A stretch of 63,265 nucleotides of DNA, counting the filler. It is 4 parts of 4 records of this genome, joined end to end, with 100 filler letters (N's around TTAATTAATTAA, not from the genome) between each part and the next. Parts side by side here need not be neighbours in the genome. Positions count along the whole stretch, not along the records: positions 28,940 to 34,698 come from SRR22947725_1393; positions 34,799 to 43,087 come from SRR22947725_1395; 2 more parts are not named here. One strand, written 5' to 3'. The position numbers and the translations under genes are program-made. The notes under the pieces were generated by a model, which saw only the letters and a program-made list of their open reading frames with translations, had not been told where the DNA came from and made no database searches. The stretch's first letter is position 1; every line of letters begins with the position of its first letter. This document shows, piece after piece, positions 30,341 to 41,133 of this stretch.

Positions 30341-31060
30341 TTATTTAGAAGAGGGGATAGAACTTTTAGTAACTTTTTTTACATTTAATTTTTTCTTTTT
30401 TAGCAAACTTATTAAAATCACTCCTGATATAAAACCAGCTATATGTGCTGCATATGCTACTCCACCCGATCCTAGCTCATTTCCGCTGAAGCTAATAAAT
30501 TGTAATATTATCCATCCTCCCAGAACAATAAACGCTCTTATTTTAAATATTTTGAAAAATATAATAAACCAAAAGAAGACTTTTATTTTAGCATTTGGGA
30601 ATAAAACAAGGTATGCACCTAAAACACCAGCTATAGCTCCAGATGCACCAACCATAGGTATAGTAGACATAGGATCTAAAAACGCTTGAGCAAAAGCTGC
30701 ACAAGTACCAGTAAAAAAATAAAAAAATACAAATTTTTTTCTACCCAATGTTTCTTCAACATTATCTCCAAAAATGTATAAGTAGGTCATGTTGCCAATA
30801 AGGTGCATCCATCCACCATGAAGAAACATAGAAGTTATAATTGATAAGATAGGAGGAATTACTTTTAGTGAATCAGATAATTCAGAATAACCAAATATTA
30901 ATGCTGGAACCATTCCAAATGTTAAGAAAACTTGATCTTGTATGAAACCGTCTTCAAAAGTGTAAATCAGAAAAGCTAAAGAACATAATAAGATTATAGT
31001 CCAGCTTATTAGTGGCTTTTGTTTTGTTGGGTTTTCGTCTGCAAAAGGAAAAAAAAACAT
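30341..31060 (-). CDS. Rhomboid intramembrane serine protease
   Basis: MFLHGGWMHLIGNM, GASGAIAG, VAYAAHIAGF. Confidence 0.92.
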   Translation of the reverse strand: MFFFPFADENPTKQKPLISWTIILLCSLAFLIYTFEDGFIQDQVFLTFGMVPALIFGYSELSDSLKVIPPILSIITSMFLHGGWMHLIGNMTYLYIFGDNVEETLGRKKFVFFYFFTGTCAAFAQAFLDPMSTIPMVGASGAIAGVLGAYLVLFPNAKIKVFFWFIIFFKIFKIRAFIVLGGWIILQFISFSGNELGSGGVAYAAHIAGFISGVILISLLKKKKLNVKKVTKSSIPSSK

Positions 31061-31063
31061 TAA

Positions 31064-31906
31064 TTAAAATTCTATATTGTCAATTAATCTTGTTTTATTA
31101 ATTGTAGCAGAAACTAGAAACACTTTTTTTCCAGTAAAATTGCTATCTTTAACGGTATTAAGCTGGCTATCCCTAAGTTCAAAATAGTCAAAGATTAGGT
31201 TTTTTGATTTTAAAAATTTTTGTGCGTCTTTGATGATTTTTTCAGTATTTATTTTATTATTGTAAGATATTACACTTTGTTGAAGGCTTTTATACAAACT
31301 AGATGCTAATTTCAATTCTTGTTCTGACAAATAATTATTTCTTGAAGATAATGCAAGTCCACTTTGTGATCTAATTATAGGAGCTGTTAGTAATTCTAAA
31401 TTAGGATAAAGTGACTTTGCCATTTTTTTTATTAATATTTGTTGTTGATAGTCTTTAGCTCCAAAAATAGCTATATCAGGATTTATTAATTCAAATATTC
31501 TATTAACTACTGTTAAAACTCCATCAAAATGACCAGGTCTTATTTTCCCGCATAGATCTTTACCTAAAACACCAGAATCTATATTTTTTATTTCACCAGG
31601 GGGCGGAAAAACTTCATCCTTATTAACTGGCATAAACAAAACGTCACATTGTTCTTTTTCAAGTTTTTCAATGTCTAATTCATGAGTTTTTGGATATTTA
31701 TCAAAATCTTCGTTGTTGCCAAATTGTAGTGGATTAATAAATATTGTAGTTATTGTTTTTGATGATTTTAATTTTGCGAGTTTAATCAAAGATAAATGGC
31801 CGTCATGTAAGTTGCCCATTGTAGGTATTAAAGCCAATTTACCAGGTCTGTTCGATAAATTTTTTAGAGTGTCTTTAAGTTCAACTTTTGTACGGGCAAT
31901 AATCAT
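31064..31906 (-). CDS. panC: Pantoate--beta-alanine ligase
   Basis: PTMGNLHDGH, NPLQF, RPGHFDGV, FGAKDYQQ, LALSSRN, RLIDN. Confidence 0.95.
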   Translation of the reverse strand: MIIARTKVELKDTLKNLSNRPGKLALIPTMGNLHDGHLSLIKLAKLKSSKTITTIFINPLQFGNNEDFDKYPKTHELDIEKLEKEQCDVLFMPVNKDEVFPPPGEIKNIDSGVLGKDLCGKIRPGHFDGVLTVVNRIFELINPDIAIFGAKDYQQQILIKKMAKSLYPNLELLTAPIIRSQSGLALSSRNNYLSEQELKLASSLYKSLQQSVISYNNKINTEKIIKDAQKFLKSKNLIFDYFELRDSQLNTVKDSNFTGKKVFLVSATINKTRLIDNIEF

Positions 31907-31953
31907 TAATATAATGGCCTATGTACTTTACTTGTATTTATTAACAAATTATA

Positions 31954-32040
31954 TGGTACGAGCGGGGGGACTTGAACCCCCACGTCCTTATCGGACTCTG
32001 GATTTTAAGTCCAGTGCGTCTACCATTCCGCCACGCTCGC
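31954..32040 (-). tRNA. tRNA-Leu(UAA)
   Basis: GCGAGCGTGGCGGAATGGTAGACGCA CTGGA CTTAAAA TCCAG, long variable arm, GGGGGTTCAAGTCCCCC, CCA end. Confidence 0.95.
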
Positions 32041-32147
32041 AAAACCATATTGTTGTTGTCTAACTTAGGTTTGTAGCTAAGGCAAGTTTTTTATGGCATT
32101 TAATCTCAATTTTTATATAGTTTGATTTATACAAACTGGAGAATAAA

Positions 32148-33248
32148 ATGACTAAAAATAAACTAGGAAGTGAAATAAAAGGAGAGGAATATCTAGTACT
32201 GCATGAATTTGCAAAAAAGGCTAAAGAAAAACTTTCAAAAGAGACTTGGGATTATTTAATTGGAGCAGCTGAAACCGAAACTACTTTTAAAAGAAATAGA
32301 TATGCTCTTGATAGTTTAGCTTTTAGACCCAGAGTTTTAAGAGACGTAGAAAAAGTAAAATTATCCTCAAAATTATTTGGTCATGAATTAAGAATACCTA
32401 TTATTTTAGCGCCAATAGGCTCTATGCAAGATTTTGTTGAGGGTGCTGGAGAAGCCCCTACAAAAGCTGCTTCTGAATTTGGAGTAATGCATATGATTAG
32501 TTCAACTTGTATGCCAGGCTTTGAACAGGTAGCTAAAAGTGTTAACTATCCAAAGTTATTTCAATTATATGTTAGAGGAGATCAAAGTTGGGTTGATGAT
32601 AATATTAAAAAAGCCATTGACTTAAACTATGCAGGTATTTGTTTAACAGTAGATTTAGATGCTTATGGGAGAAGAGAAAGAGATTTAGCTAAAAGATATA
32701 GAACCACATCTCGACAATCAGCCTCAGGTTTTGAACACCAAATGCGTTTTTCTTGGAAAGATATTGATAGAATAAAAACTTATTGTGATTTACCAATAAT
32801 TATAAAAGGAATAGTAACAAAAGAAGATGCTATTCTTGCAGTTGAGCACGGAGTCGAGGTTATTTACGTATCAAATCATGGTGGTAGACAATTAGATTTT
32901 GGATTAGGTGGTTTAAAAGTACTACCTGAAATAGTAGATGCGGTTGGCAAAAATGCAACTATCTTTTTTGATGGTGGTATAATGAGAGGTACTGATGTAG
33001 TAAAGGCATTGTCTTTAGGAGCAGATGTGGTTGGCATTGGAAGACTTCAAGGATTGGCTGCAGCGGCTGGAGGTTCAAAAGCTATTTATAGAATGTTAGA
33101 GTTGCTAGAATTAGAAATTATAACTTGTCTAAGATTATTAGGTGTAAATGATATTACTGATCTAAATAGTGATATTTTAACTAAAGACGATTCATTTGGT
33201 ACTTTAGATGCGTTAAGTGCTTTTCCATTAATTAACGAAGGTTATTGA
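32148..33248 (+). CDS. FMN-dependent alpha-hydroxy acid oxidase/dehydrogenase
   Basis: FRPRVL, FQLY, LTVD, IIKGI, SNHGGRQLD, DGGI.RGTDVVKAL. Confidence 0.92.
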   Translation: MTKNKLGSEIKGEEYLVLHEFAKKAKEKLSKETWDYLIGAAETETTFKRNRYALDSLAFRPRVLRDVEKVKLSSKLFGHELRIPIILAPIGSMQDFVEGAGEAPTKAASEFGVMHMISSTCMPGFEQVAKSVNYPKLFQLYVRGDQSWVDDNIKKAIDLNYAGICLTVDLDAYGRRERDLAKRYRTTSRQSASGFEHQMRFSWKDIDRIKTYCDLPIIIKGIVTKEDAILAVEHGVEVIYVSNHGGRQLDFGLGGLKVLPEIVDAVGKNATIFFDGGIMRGTDVVKALSLGADVVGIGRLQGLAAAAGGSKAIYRMLELLELEIITCLRLLGVNDITDLNSDILTKDDSFGTLDALSAFPLINEGY

Positions 33249-33865
33249 TTTATTTGAAATAGGATTTGATTAAATTTTTTCAAAAATTTTTCAGCTATAG
33301 TATTTGGTGATAGTGGGACTATTTCTTGATTTGTATGTTTTAAATCAGGTTTTTTCAAAATTTGCATAGCTTCTTCCTCTCTATAACCTCCAACCGAAAT
33401 TGCTTCATACCACGCTAATGCTTTATCTATTTTTTTTATTTTTAGTTCTATAGTTTTAGGGATTTTAGCAGGAAGACCAAATCTGATATATATTGCTTTC
33501 ATTAGATTTTCTTCAACTTCACGGTAACTATTATTTAGTGCATATTTGAAAGGAGTTATAAGGTCACCTATTACGTACTCTGGTGAGTCATGAAGTAGAG
33601 CTGCCAATCTCCACTTATTTTTTAAGCTAGGATATTCAAAAGTAAATAACTCCTCAACTAAAATAGAATGCTGGGCTACTGAATAAGCATGCACGCCTGT
33701 TGTCTGACCATTCCATCTAGTTACCCTTGATAATCCTAATGCAATGTCTTCTATTTCTATGTCAAGTGGTGAAGGGGACAATATATCTAACTTTCGCCCA
33801 GATAACATTCTTTGCCAAGCCCTATTATTTTTATCTTTAAAAATTCTAATAATTCCTCGTAACAA
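33242..33865 (-). CDS. HD-domain hydrolase (YfbR-like)
   Basis: RAWQRMLSGR.LD.L.PSPLDIEIEDIA, RWNGQT, YSVAQHS, LLHD.PEYVIGD; start uncertain (TTG 33865 chosen). Confidence 0.85.
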   Translation of the reverse strand: MLRGIIRIFKDKNNRAWQRMLSGRKLDILSPSPLDIEIEDIALGLSRVTRWNGQTTGVHAYSVAQHSILVEELFTFEYPSLKNKWRLAALLHDSPEYVIGDLITPFKYALNNSYREVEENLMKAIYIRFGLPAKIPKTIELKIKKIDKALAWYEAISVGGYREEEAMQILKKPDLKHTNQEIVPLSPNTIAEKFLKKFNQILFQINQ

Positions 33866-33916
33866 ATTTATTGATTTATTATATATAAAATATAAAAAGA
33901 ATAAATAATAACCTAA

Positions 33917-34630
33917 ATGGAAAATGTCTTGGATTTTTATCAAGCTCAACATAAATATAGGCAAAAACAATTAAAGTTTGTATTTAGTTCTATTTTAAAG
34001 TTAATTTTTATTTTATTTATTTTTTTGACTGGATGGTGGTTTGGTAATAATGATAACCTAATACTCATTCAAGAGAATGAAAGAATTTTAAATGAATTCA
34101 ACCAAACAAAAAATAATCTTGAAAGAAAATTAACAGATATTAGGCTAAAATTAAAAGAAGCAAATCTGACCTTAAGTACACAAATTATAAAAGATAAAAA
34201 AACAGATATAGGTGAAAAAGCAAAGCAAGTGCTTGCTTCTAGTTTAGCTAAAGGGATACCTGAAAAGACTATAATTAATAACTTAATATTGCTAAGTAAA
34301 AATAAGGTTTGTGGTAATTCTCAGAATGTAGAATTAGCTGTTTCAACACAATCTTTTGTACCTCCTAAAAATACATTATCATTGTTATCAGGCAGCTTAA
34401 AAATTAAAGCTGAAGGTAATATTTTTCAGGATTTCAGTGATAACCCAAATTTTAATGTGTCTAAACCTGTCAGAGTTACATTAATTTACTTGGGTAACAA
34501 TGACATAATTGAAGGAAAACTTCCTTTAAAAAAAGCTATTTTTGCGGACAAATTTTCTGTAAATCTTGAGATTTTAAAGTCTAAAGTAAGAGGAGCCGTA
34601 ATAGTACGTTACAAAACTTGTAAAATTTAG
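33917..34630 (+). CDS. Hypothetical bitopic membrane protein with coiled coil
   Basis: N-terminal TM then heptad-rich segment. Confidence 0.55.
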   Translation: MENVLDFYQAQHKYRQKQLKFVFSSILKLIFILFIFLTGWWFGNNDNLILIQENERILNEFNQTKNNLERKLTDIRLKLKEANLTLSTQIIKDKKTDIGEKAKQVLASSLAKGIPEKTIINNLILLSKNKVCGNSQNVELAVSTQSFVPPKNTLSLLSGSLKIKAEGNIFQDFSDNPNFNVSKPVRVTLIYLGNNDIIEGKLPLKKAIFADKFSVNLEILKSKVRGAVIVRYKTCKI

Positions 34631-34698
34631 AAGAATATAACTATCAATCCTAATAAAATTATAATTAAAAAAAGAACTGCGAGATTTAAACATGGCAT

Positions 34699-34798
34699 NN
34701 NNNNNNNNNNNNNNNNNNNNNNNNNNNNNNNNNNNNNNNNNNTTAATTAATTAANNNNNNNNNNNNNNNNNNNNNNNNNNNNNNNNNNNNNNNNNNNN
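34699..34798. other. Artificial contig spacer
   Basis: 44 N + TTAATTAATTAA + 44 N. Confidence 0.98.
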
Positions 34799-34974
34799 AC
34801 GATCTGGATTTTGCATTAAAATTAATGACAAAATATAACGCACTCGAAGATACACATAATGATGCTAAATTTTGGGCTGAAAAAGCGAAAAAATCCATTT
34901 CTATTTTACCCAAAAGCAAATTGAGAAATATTTTAACAGAATTGCCAGACTTTGTAGTTAACAGATTATCTTAG
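34799..34974 (+). CDS. ispB: 3' end of polyprenyl diphosphate synthase (not in ORF track)
   Basis: DLDFALKLMTKYNALEDT...WAEKAKKSISILP...LTELPDFVVNRLS*; convergent with ispE as in Rhodobacteraceae. Confidence 0.7.
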
Positions 34975-35807
34975 CCCATTATCACTGGCTGAACCCACCA
35001 TTTCGGGTTCTCCAGAGATATCTTTTTAGCTGCTTTCTGCGCAAGTTCAAAGCTTTGAAACAAGCCAAAACATGTACCTCCAGATCCTGACATTCTTGAA
35101 AGTTCTGACCCACAAGAATTTAATACATCCAAAACATTTTTAATATTTGGAACTAGTTCAATTGCCGGGTTTTCTAAGTCATTTCGTAGATTACTCAAAA
35201 AATGAATTGTTTCTATAAATGATAATTTGTTTTTAGGTAAGCTGCCAATATCTTGGTTATATTTTGATTTTAAAGTTTTAAAAATTCTTAAAGTTGAAAC
35301 TTTATCACCAGAATTTATTAATACCGCTGATAATTTTGGAAAAATCTCAATATCAGTTAATATTTCACCAATTCCTTGCATTCTTTGATTTGTAGACTTT
35401 ATACAAACAGGAACATCTGCACCAAGAGCTAATCCATTGTCGATTGGTAAAGAGGTGTTCCATAATTGAGCAAGGCCGCGCAAAGTAGCTGCTGCATCAG
35501 CTGATCCACCACCAATTCCTGCTGATACAGGTAAATTTTTTCTCAGAAAGATTTCTGCACCCTTCGATAAATCTAAAACTTTTGCAGCGTTGAATATGAT
35601 ATTTTCCGAAATTGGAATACTATTTAAATCTTCACTGAAACGACCATCTAAAATTATTTCTAAATTTTGGTTACGCTTAAAAGTGAGTTCATCACCACAA
35701 TCTGCAAACACTACAAGACTATCAAGCAAATGGTAGCCGTCCGTATTTTGGCCAGTTACATGTAAACAGAGGTTTATTTTAGCTTTTGCGATTTGCGTAT
35801 TAAACAC
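34971..35807 (-). CDS. ispE: 4-diphosphocytidyl-2-C-methyl-D-erythritol kinase
   Basis: AKINLCLHV, YHLLDSL, PVSAGIGGGSADAAA, LGADVP, RMSGSG. Confidence 0.95.
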   Translation of the reverse strand: MFNTQIAKAKINLCLHVTGQNTDGYHLLDSLVVFADCGDELTFKRNQNLEIILDGRFSEDLNSIPISENIIFNAAKVLDLSKGAEIFLRKNLPVSAGIGGGSADAAATLRGLAQLWNTSLPIDNGLALGADVPVCIKSTNQRMQGIGEILTDIEIFPKLSAVLINSGDKVSTLRIFKTLKSKYNQDIGSLPKNKLSFIETIHFLSNLRNDLENPAIELVPNIKNVLDVLNSCGSELSRMSGSGGTCFGLFQSFELAQKAAKKISLENPKWWVQPVIMG

Positions 35808-35813
35808 CTGATT

Positions 35814-37484
35814 TTACTTTTTCTTTTCTTCAGCTTGAACTTTATCCAAGCCAATATCTAATTTCTTTCTTATTCTTATTAGCTCTTTTTCTTCAGGATC
35901 AAAAGAAATTGCACGCTTCCATTGAAACCTTGCTTCTCTTTTTCTACCAACTTTCCAATAGACGTCACCTAAGTGATCATTAACAATTGGGTCATCAGGC
36001 ATCAGCTCTACCGCACGTTCCATTGGATGGATAGCATCTTCAAAATTACCTAAAGTAAACAAACTCCAGCCCAAACTATCAATAATAAATCCACTATTTG
36101 GTCGTGCAGCGACAGCTTTTTCGATCATTTCTCGAGCTTCTTGAAGATTTTTATTTTTTTCGACTAATGAATATCCCAGGTAATTTAAAATTAAAGGCTG
36201 ATTTGGTGATAGATCTAATGCCTTTCTAAAATTCATTTCAGCCCGCGGCCAATTACCTAATCGTTCATTACAAATACCTAGAGAATAAAATAAAAACCAA
36301 TGACTCGAATTGGGTTTTCCTATTAAACTTTGAGTTTTATCGTATGCACTCCGTGCTAAAGTAAACTTTTTTTGGCCTCTATAAGCATCTCCCAGAGACA
36401 TTAATACTCTGGTGCTATCTTTATAATCAACTGATAATTTCTTCAAAGCATCAATTGCTAAATCTGGTTCATCTGCAGCAATTAAAGTTTCAACACGTCC
36501 AATTTCAGCACTTAAATATAAACCATTATCTTTTTGTATTTTTTCGTAATTTTCGATTGCTAAATCAAATTGTTTTTGATCTCGTAATAATTCGGAAGTT
36601 AATAATATCGTTTCTGCATTATTAGGCCGTAAATTCTGTGCTAATCTTCCATATAGTAAACTAGTTTGATCATTCTCTGAACCATTTAAAGCAAATGCCA
36701 ATGTGAATAATACTTCAGCAATACCCTGTTTTGCAGAAGTTACGTAATTGTATGTTGATGAACCATTTTGAATCTTTTGGCGAAGTATATCTAATTCTTT
36801 ATCCTGACCTTTTAAGGCCATATTATCTATAAGCTCTAAGGCCTCTTTTTCTTTTGACAATTCAGCCATTATTTGAGCATGCGCAATCAAACTTCCACGC
36901 GTTAAACGTAACGAACCATTTGCATTACCTGAAAGTATTTTATCAGCTGTTTCAAAATCACCAACAGCAGCTAGAGCTAAAGCTTTATGATACTGGCCAA
37001 ATAATCTCAGCGTAGAGTTACTCTTCATTTTATCAAAAGTTTTTAAAACAGAACTCATCTTCCCACGTCCAAGTTCAGTCCAACCATTTAAGAGTCCAAA
37101 TAATAACTCAGTATAATTTTCTTCATTTCTTTTTAGTATTTTGTGAGCTAAGCCATATCTTTCATTTTTGATGTGATCTGCAAATATGAGTAAATCAGCA
37201 AGTTGGTTATTATTAGAATTTGAAGTAATTTCTTTAGCATAGTTAGTTGCTGTGCGTACGTCACCCATTGATAAATTAGACAACATTGCATTATATTTTA
37301 CATACTGATTTTGAGGATCTAATAATAGTGTTTCAGCAAAGTATTTTGATGCAGCAACATAATCTCCACGCATTGCCGCATTAGAACCCGCCAAATAAGA
37401 TCCTGCTAAACTTTTTGAATGCGCAACAGACGCACAAAATCCTATAGTTATAGAAATGACGCAAAAAGCTGTTTTAAGTATCAT
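35814..37484 (-). CDS. Exported tetratricopeptide repeat protein
   Basis: GSYLA, LNYLGYS, DSLGW, DHLGDVYW..GR.REA.FQW; upstream of ispE. Confidence 0.88.
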   Translation of the reverse strand: MILKTAFCVISITIGFCASVAHSKSLAGSYLAGSNAAMRGDYVAASKYFAETLLLDPQNQYVKYNAMLSNLSMGDVRTATNYAKEITSNSNNNQLADLLIFADHIKNERYGLAHKILKRNEENYTELLFGLLNGWTELGRGKMSSVLKTFDKMKSNSTLRLFGQYHKALALAAVGDFETADKILSGNANGSLRLTRGSLIAHAQIMAELSKEKEALELIDNMALKGQDKELDILRQKIQNGSSTYNYVTSAKQGIAEVLFTLAFALNGSENDQTSLLYGRLAQNLRPNNAETILLTSELLRDQKQFDLAIENYEKIQKDNGLYLSAEIGRVETLIAADEPDLAIDALKKLSVDYKDSTRVLMSLGDAYRGQKKFTLARSAYDKTQSLIGKPNSSHWFLFYSLGICNERLGNWPRAEMNFRKALDLSPNQPLILNYLGYSLVEKNKNLQEAREMIEKAVAARPNSGFIIDSLGWSLFTLGNFEDAIHPMERAVELMPDDPIVNDHLGDVYWKVGRKREARFQWKRAISFDPEEKELIRIRKKLDIGLDKVQAEEKKK

Positions 37485-37583
37485 AGTAATTTTAACCTAA
37501 GGTAATATAATCTAATGCTACCCAATGGATTAGATGTCTGCAATGTACCATTATGATTTTATTATCAAAAAATTTTAATAAAA

Positions 37584-39236
37584 TTACATATTAGGATAAT
37601 TAGGCCCGTCTCCACCTTGTGGTGTTACCCATGTTATGTTTTGGCTTGGATCTTTAATATCACAGGTTTTACAATGTACACAATTTTGTGAATTGATTTG
37701 GAATTTAGGATTAGAGCCGTTGTCGTCTCGTATAATTTCATAAACACCCGCTGGACAATATCTTTGAGCAGGTTCTGAATATAACGGCAAATTCGTATCT
37801 ACTGGTATAGAAGAATCAGCAAGTTTTAGATGAACCGGTTGACCTTCTGCATGGTTAGTTCCAGAGAAACTTACATTTGTTAATCTGTCAAAACTTAATT
37901 TTCCATCTGGCTTCGGGTATTCAATTTGAGGATAGTCAGCAGCTTTGCCTGTACTATCTGCATCTGTTTTCCCATGTTTTACTGTCCCAAAAATGCTAAA
38001 CTTTAAAATAGTTTGGCACCACATATCAAAACCACCCAAAATAACTCCTAAGAATGACCCATATTTTGCACGCAATGGAGCAACATTTCTTACTATACTT
38101 AAATCTTTGCCAACAGGACCAGTTTTTAACATTTTATCATAATCTACTAACACATCTCCCGCTCGCCCAGCCTTTATAGCCGCAACAACAGCTTCAGCTG
38201 CATGCTGACCAGAATACATTGCATTATGATTCCCTTTAATTCTGGGTAAATTTACAAGTCCTGCAGAACATCCTAGCAACGCTCCTCCTGGAAAAACCGT
38301 ATCAGGAATTGACTGAAAACCACCTTTTGTAACAGCACGTGCACCATATGAAATTCTCTTTCCTCCCTCTAGTACTTTAGCTATTTTTGGGTGATGTTTC
38401 CAACGTTGGAATTCCATATATGGAAAAAGATGTGGATTTTTATAATTAAGATCAACAATAAAACCCACATAAACTTGATTATTTTCTAAATGGTACATGA
38501 AAGATCCACCACTATCTTTTGACATTGGCCAGCCCATTGTGTGAGTTACTTCACCTTCATTATGATTTTCCGGCTTAACTTCCCATATTTCTTTCATACC
38601 AAGACCAAATTTTGGAACATCGCTTTTGGCATCTAATTTATATTTTGAGATCACTTCTTTTGACAGACTGCCACGAACACCCTCTGATAAAAGTACATAT
38701 TTACCATGAAGTTCCATGCCTGGCTCATAACCAGCACCTTCAGTACCGTCTGCATTCTTGCCAAATTCTCCCGCAACAACCCCTTTCACTTCTCCATCCT
38801 CACCGTAAACCAATTCAGAGCATGACATACCTGGGAAAATTTCCACTCCAATACTTTCAGCTTGTTCTGCCATCCAACGGCATACATTTCCCATCGAGAC
38901 GATATAGTTTCCATGATTGTTCATAAGTGGCGGCATTAAAAAATTTGGTATTTTAGATGCTTTTGTCTCTGTTAAATTTAAAAATATATCTTCTTTAACT
39001 TCTACTTTGATTGGCGCACCTTTTTCTTTCCAATCAGGTATCAAAGCATTTAATGCACTTGGATCAAGTACAGCACCAGATAAAATATGAGCACCAACTT
39101 CAGAACCTTTTTCCAAAACAACGACATCTAAATTAGAATCTAATTGTTTAATTTTTATAGCAGCTGATAATCCTGCCGGCCCTGCACCAACAATTACTAC
39201 ATCATATGGCATGCTTTCGCGTTCAGTATTGCTCAT
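37584..39236 (-). CDS. Electron transfer flavoprotein-ubiquinone oxidoreductase
   Basis: GAGPAGL, GAHILSGA, YCPAGVYE, NCVHCKTCDIKDP. Confidence 0.96.
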   Translation of the reverse strand: MSNTERESMPYDVVIVGAGPAGLSAAIKIKQLDSNLDVVVLEKGSEVGAHILSGAVLDPSALNALIPDWKEKGAPIKVEVKEDIFLNLTETKASKIPNFLMPPLMNNHGNYIVSMGNVCRWMAEQAESIGVEIFPGMSCSELVYGEDGEVKGVVAGEFGKNADGTEGAGYEPGMELHGKYVLLSEGVRGSLSKEVISKYKLDAKSDVPKFGLGMKEIWEVKPENHNEGEVTHTMGWPMSKDSGGSFMYHLENNQVYVGFIVDLNYKNPHLFPYMEFQRWKHHPKIAKVLEGGKRISYGARAVTKGGFQSIPDTVFPGGALLGCSAGLVNLPRIKGNHNAMYSGQHAAEAVVAAIKAGRAGDVLVDYDKMLKTGPVGKDLSIVRNVAPLRAKYGSFLGVILGGFDMWCQTILKFSIFGTVKHGKTDADSTGKAADYPQIEYPKPDGKLSFDRLTNVSFSGTNHAEGQPVHLKLADSSIPVDTNLPLYSEPAQRYCPAGVYEIIRDDNGSNPKFQINSQNCVHCKTCDIKDPSQNITWVTPQGGDGPNYPNM

Positions 39237-39412
39237 TTTTCCCCCAGAGAGATCTAAAGTGATTATTTTCTATAACTTTATAGATCAAAAATTAAGTTAT
39301 CGACAACCACAACACGACATAAGTTTTACTTACACGACTTCATAAAGACAACTTGCGTGTTCCTGCACATGAATTTATGGTTAAATCTTGTAATAAACTA
39401 AAGAGTTCGACA

Positions 39413-39883
39413 ATGGACAAGATACCTATGACGCCCGCTGGCTTTAAGTCAGCTGATAATGAGTTAAAACAACTAAAATCCGTAGATCGGCCATCAGTTA
39501 TTAAAGCTATTGCTGAAGCTCGTGAACACGGTGACCTTTCAGAAAATGCTGAATACCACTCAGCACGTGAGCTTCAATCTCATATTGAAGGTCGAATCAA
39601 AGAATTAGAAGCAATTATTAGTTTGGCTCAAATTATAGATGTATCTAAACTCTCAGGTAACGTAAAATTTGGAGCCACAGTACACTTAGTAGATGAGGAC
39701 ACTGATGCAGAACGAACATTGCAAATTGTTGGAGAGCATGAAGCCAATATCGAAAATAATCAAATTAATATGAATTCACCCATTGCTCGTGCACTCATTG
39801 GCAAAGAAGAAGGAGATAGCGTTGAAGTGCGAACTCCTGGTGGTGTTAAAAGTTATGAAATTTTATCTGTAAAATTTATCTAA
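39413..39883 (+). CDS. greA: Transcription elongation factor GreA
   Basis: [24 protein letters not shown]; start ATG 39413. Confidence 0.96.
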   Translation: MDKIPMTPAGFKSADNELKQLKSVDRPSVIKAIAEAREHGDLSENAEYHSARELQSHIEGRIKELEAIISLAQIIDVSKLSGNVKFGATVHLVDEDTDAERTLQIVGEHEANIENNQINMNSPIARALIGKEEGDSVEVRTPGGVKSYEILSVKFI

Positions 39884-39885
39884 TT

Positions 39886-41133
39886 TTAAAAGGGAATATA
39901 TTTTACTGTATTCCCTTTTTCTACGTTTTCTGTGTTATGATCTAATGCTACTAAACCTTCTGCCCAAGATAACCCAGATATTCTACCTGACCCTTCAGAT
40001 TTGAAAATTTCAGCGTGCCCATCAATATTTAGCCTAGCACGCAGATACTCAGTACGCCCTGGTTTTTTATTTTTTGAAAAAGCAGCTGGCACATTATAGC
40101 TAATAGGTTTGCGCCAACCCGATCCTGCTAAAAAACTAAAGGCAGGATATGCAAAAATATGGGCACAAACCATTGCGGCAACTGGATTACCAGGCAAACC
40201 TAGAATGGGTGTATTACTCCACAATGCAAGTGCCAATGGGCGCCCAGGTTTCAAAGCAATACGCCATGTTTGCAAGTTAGCTTTTTGCACTAATAGCTTA
40301 GATATATGATCCTCATCTCCAGCTGATGCTCCACCTGTAGTTAAAATGATATCTGCAATTTTTGCCGCTTTATTTAAAACAGTCTCAATTAAATCTTCAT
40401 TATCTCCAACAATCCCAAAATCAAGGACAGTGTATCCCCATCTTTCTATTTGGGCTATTAGCATTGGCCTATTTGCATCCACGATTTGTGACTTGTGGCT
40501 ATCATTGCCTAATTCAACTAACTCATCACCCGTTGTCATGATTGCAACTTTGAGTTGATCATAAACCTTAATTGTTTTTATTCCACTTGATGCTAAAACC
40601 CCCAAATCTGCTGGGCATACTCTTTTACCTTTTTGCAAAACAATTGAACCTGCTGAAATATCCTCACCTTGAGGACGAATATTTGCATATTTTTTTAATC
40701 CTGGATTAAAATAGATAATATTTTGAATTTTGTTCACATCTTCATCAAGAATTACGGTATCAACACCTTCTGGTATTTGAGCACCAGTTAATACACGCAC
40801 TGCAGTACCGTCGGGCACTTTACCAGAAAAAGGGCTTCCCGCAGCTGAACGCCCAGAAATTAACTCCAATGCGATCTCACTTTTGCTTGATATGGTGTCC
40901 AATGCAAATCCGTATCCATCAACTGCTGAATTAGCAAACGGAGGATGATTAGTTGCAGCCAATACATCTTCAGCTAAAACTCTTCCAAAACCTTTGTTTA
41001 CTGGAATTATTGAAGTATTTTTCATTTTTTTTAAACTTTGGTGAAGCTTTTCCAAGGCCTTATCAACAGGTGTCCAGTGAACGCCCCTGGGCATAACAAA
41101 ACAATCATCTCTTAATGGAGGTGCTTTTGTCAT
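39886..41133 (-). CDS. moeA: Molybdopterin molybdotransferase
   Basis: PPFANSAVDGYG, TGDEL, TTGGASAGDEDH, KPGRP, LPGNPVAA. Confidence 0.94.
   Translation of the reverse strand: MTKAPPLRDDCFVMPRGVHWTPVDKALEKLHQSLKKMKNTSIIPVNKGFGRVLAEDVLAATNHPPFANSAVDGYGFALDTISSKSEIALELISGRSAAGSPFSGKVPDGTAVRVLTGAQIPEGVDTVILDEDVNKIQNIIYFNPGLKKYANIRPQGEDISAGSIVLQKGKRVCPADLGVLASSGIKTIKVYDQLKVAIMTTGDELVELGNDSHKSQIVDANRPMLIAQIERWGYTVLDFGIVGDNEDLIETVLNKAAKIADIILTTGGASAGDEDHISKLLVQKANLQTWRIALKPGRPLALALWSNTPILGLPGNPVAAMVCAHIFAYPAFSFLAGSGWRKPISYNVPAAFSKNKKPGRTEYLRARLNIDGHAEIFKSEGSGRISGLSWAEGLVALDHNTENVEKGNTVKYIPF

Noticed and set aside
31713-32063. 116-aa plus-strand ORF
   Set aside because: Antisense to panC and tRNA-Leu; MVRAGGLEPPRP is the usual tRNA shadow translation.
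31954-32147. tRNA-Leu as an island integration site
   Set aside because: No integrase and no duplicated tRNA 3' end seen; flanking genes are housekeeping.
34627-34698. Possible 3' end of a minus-strand membrane protein (...LAVLFLIIILLGLIVIFF*)
   Set aside because: Only about 23 codons at a contig edge; too little to assign.
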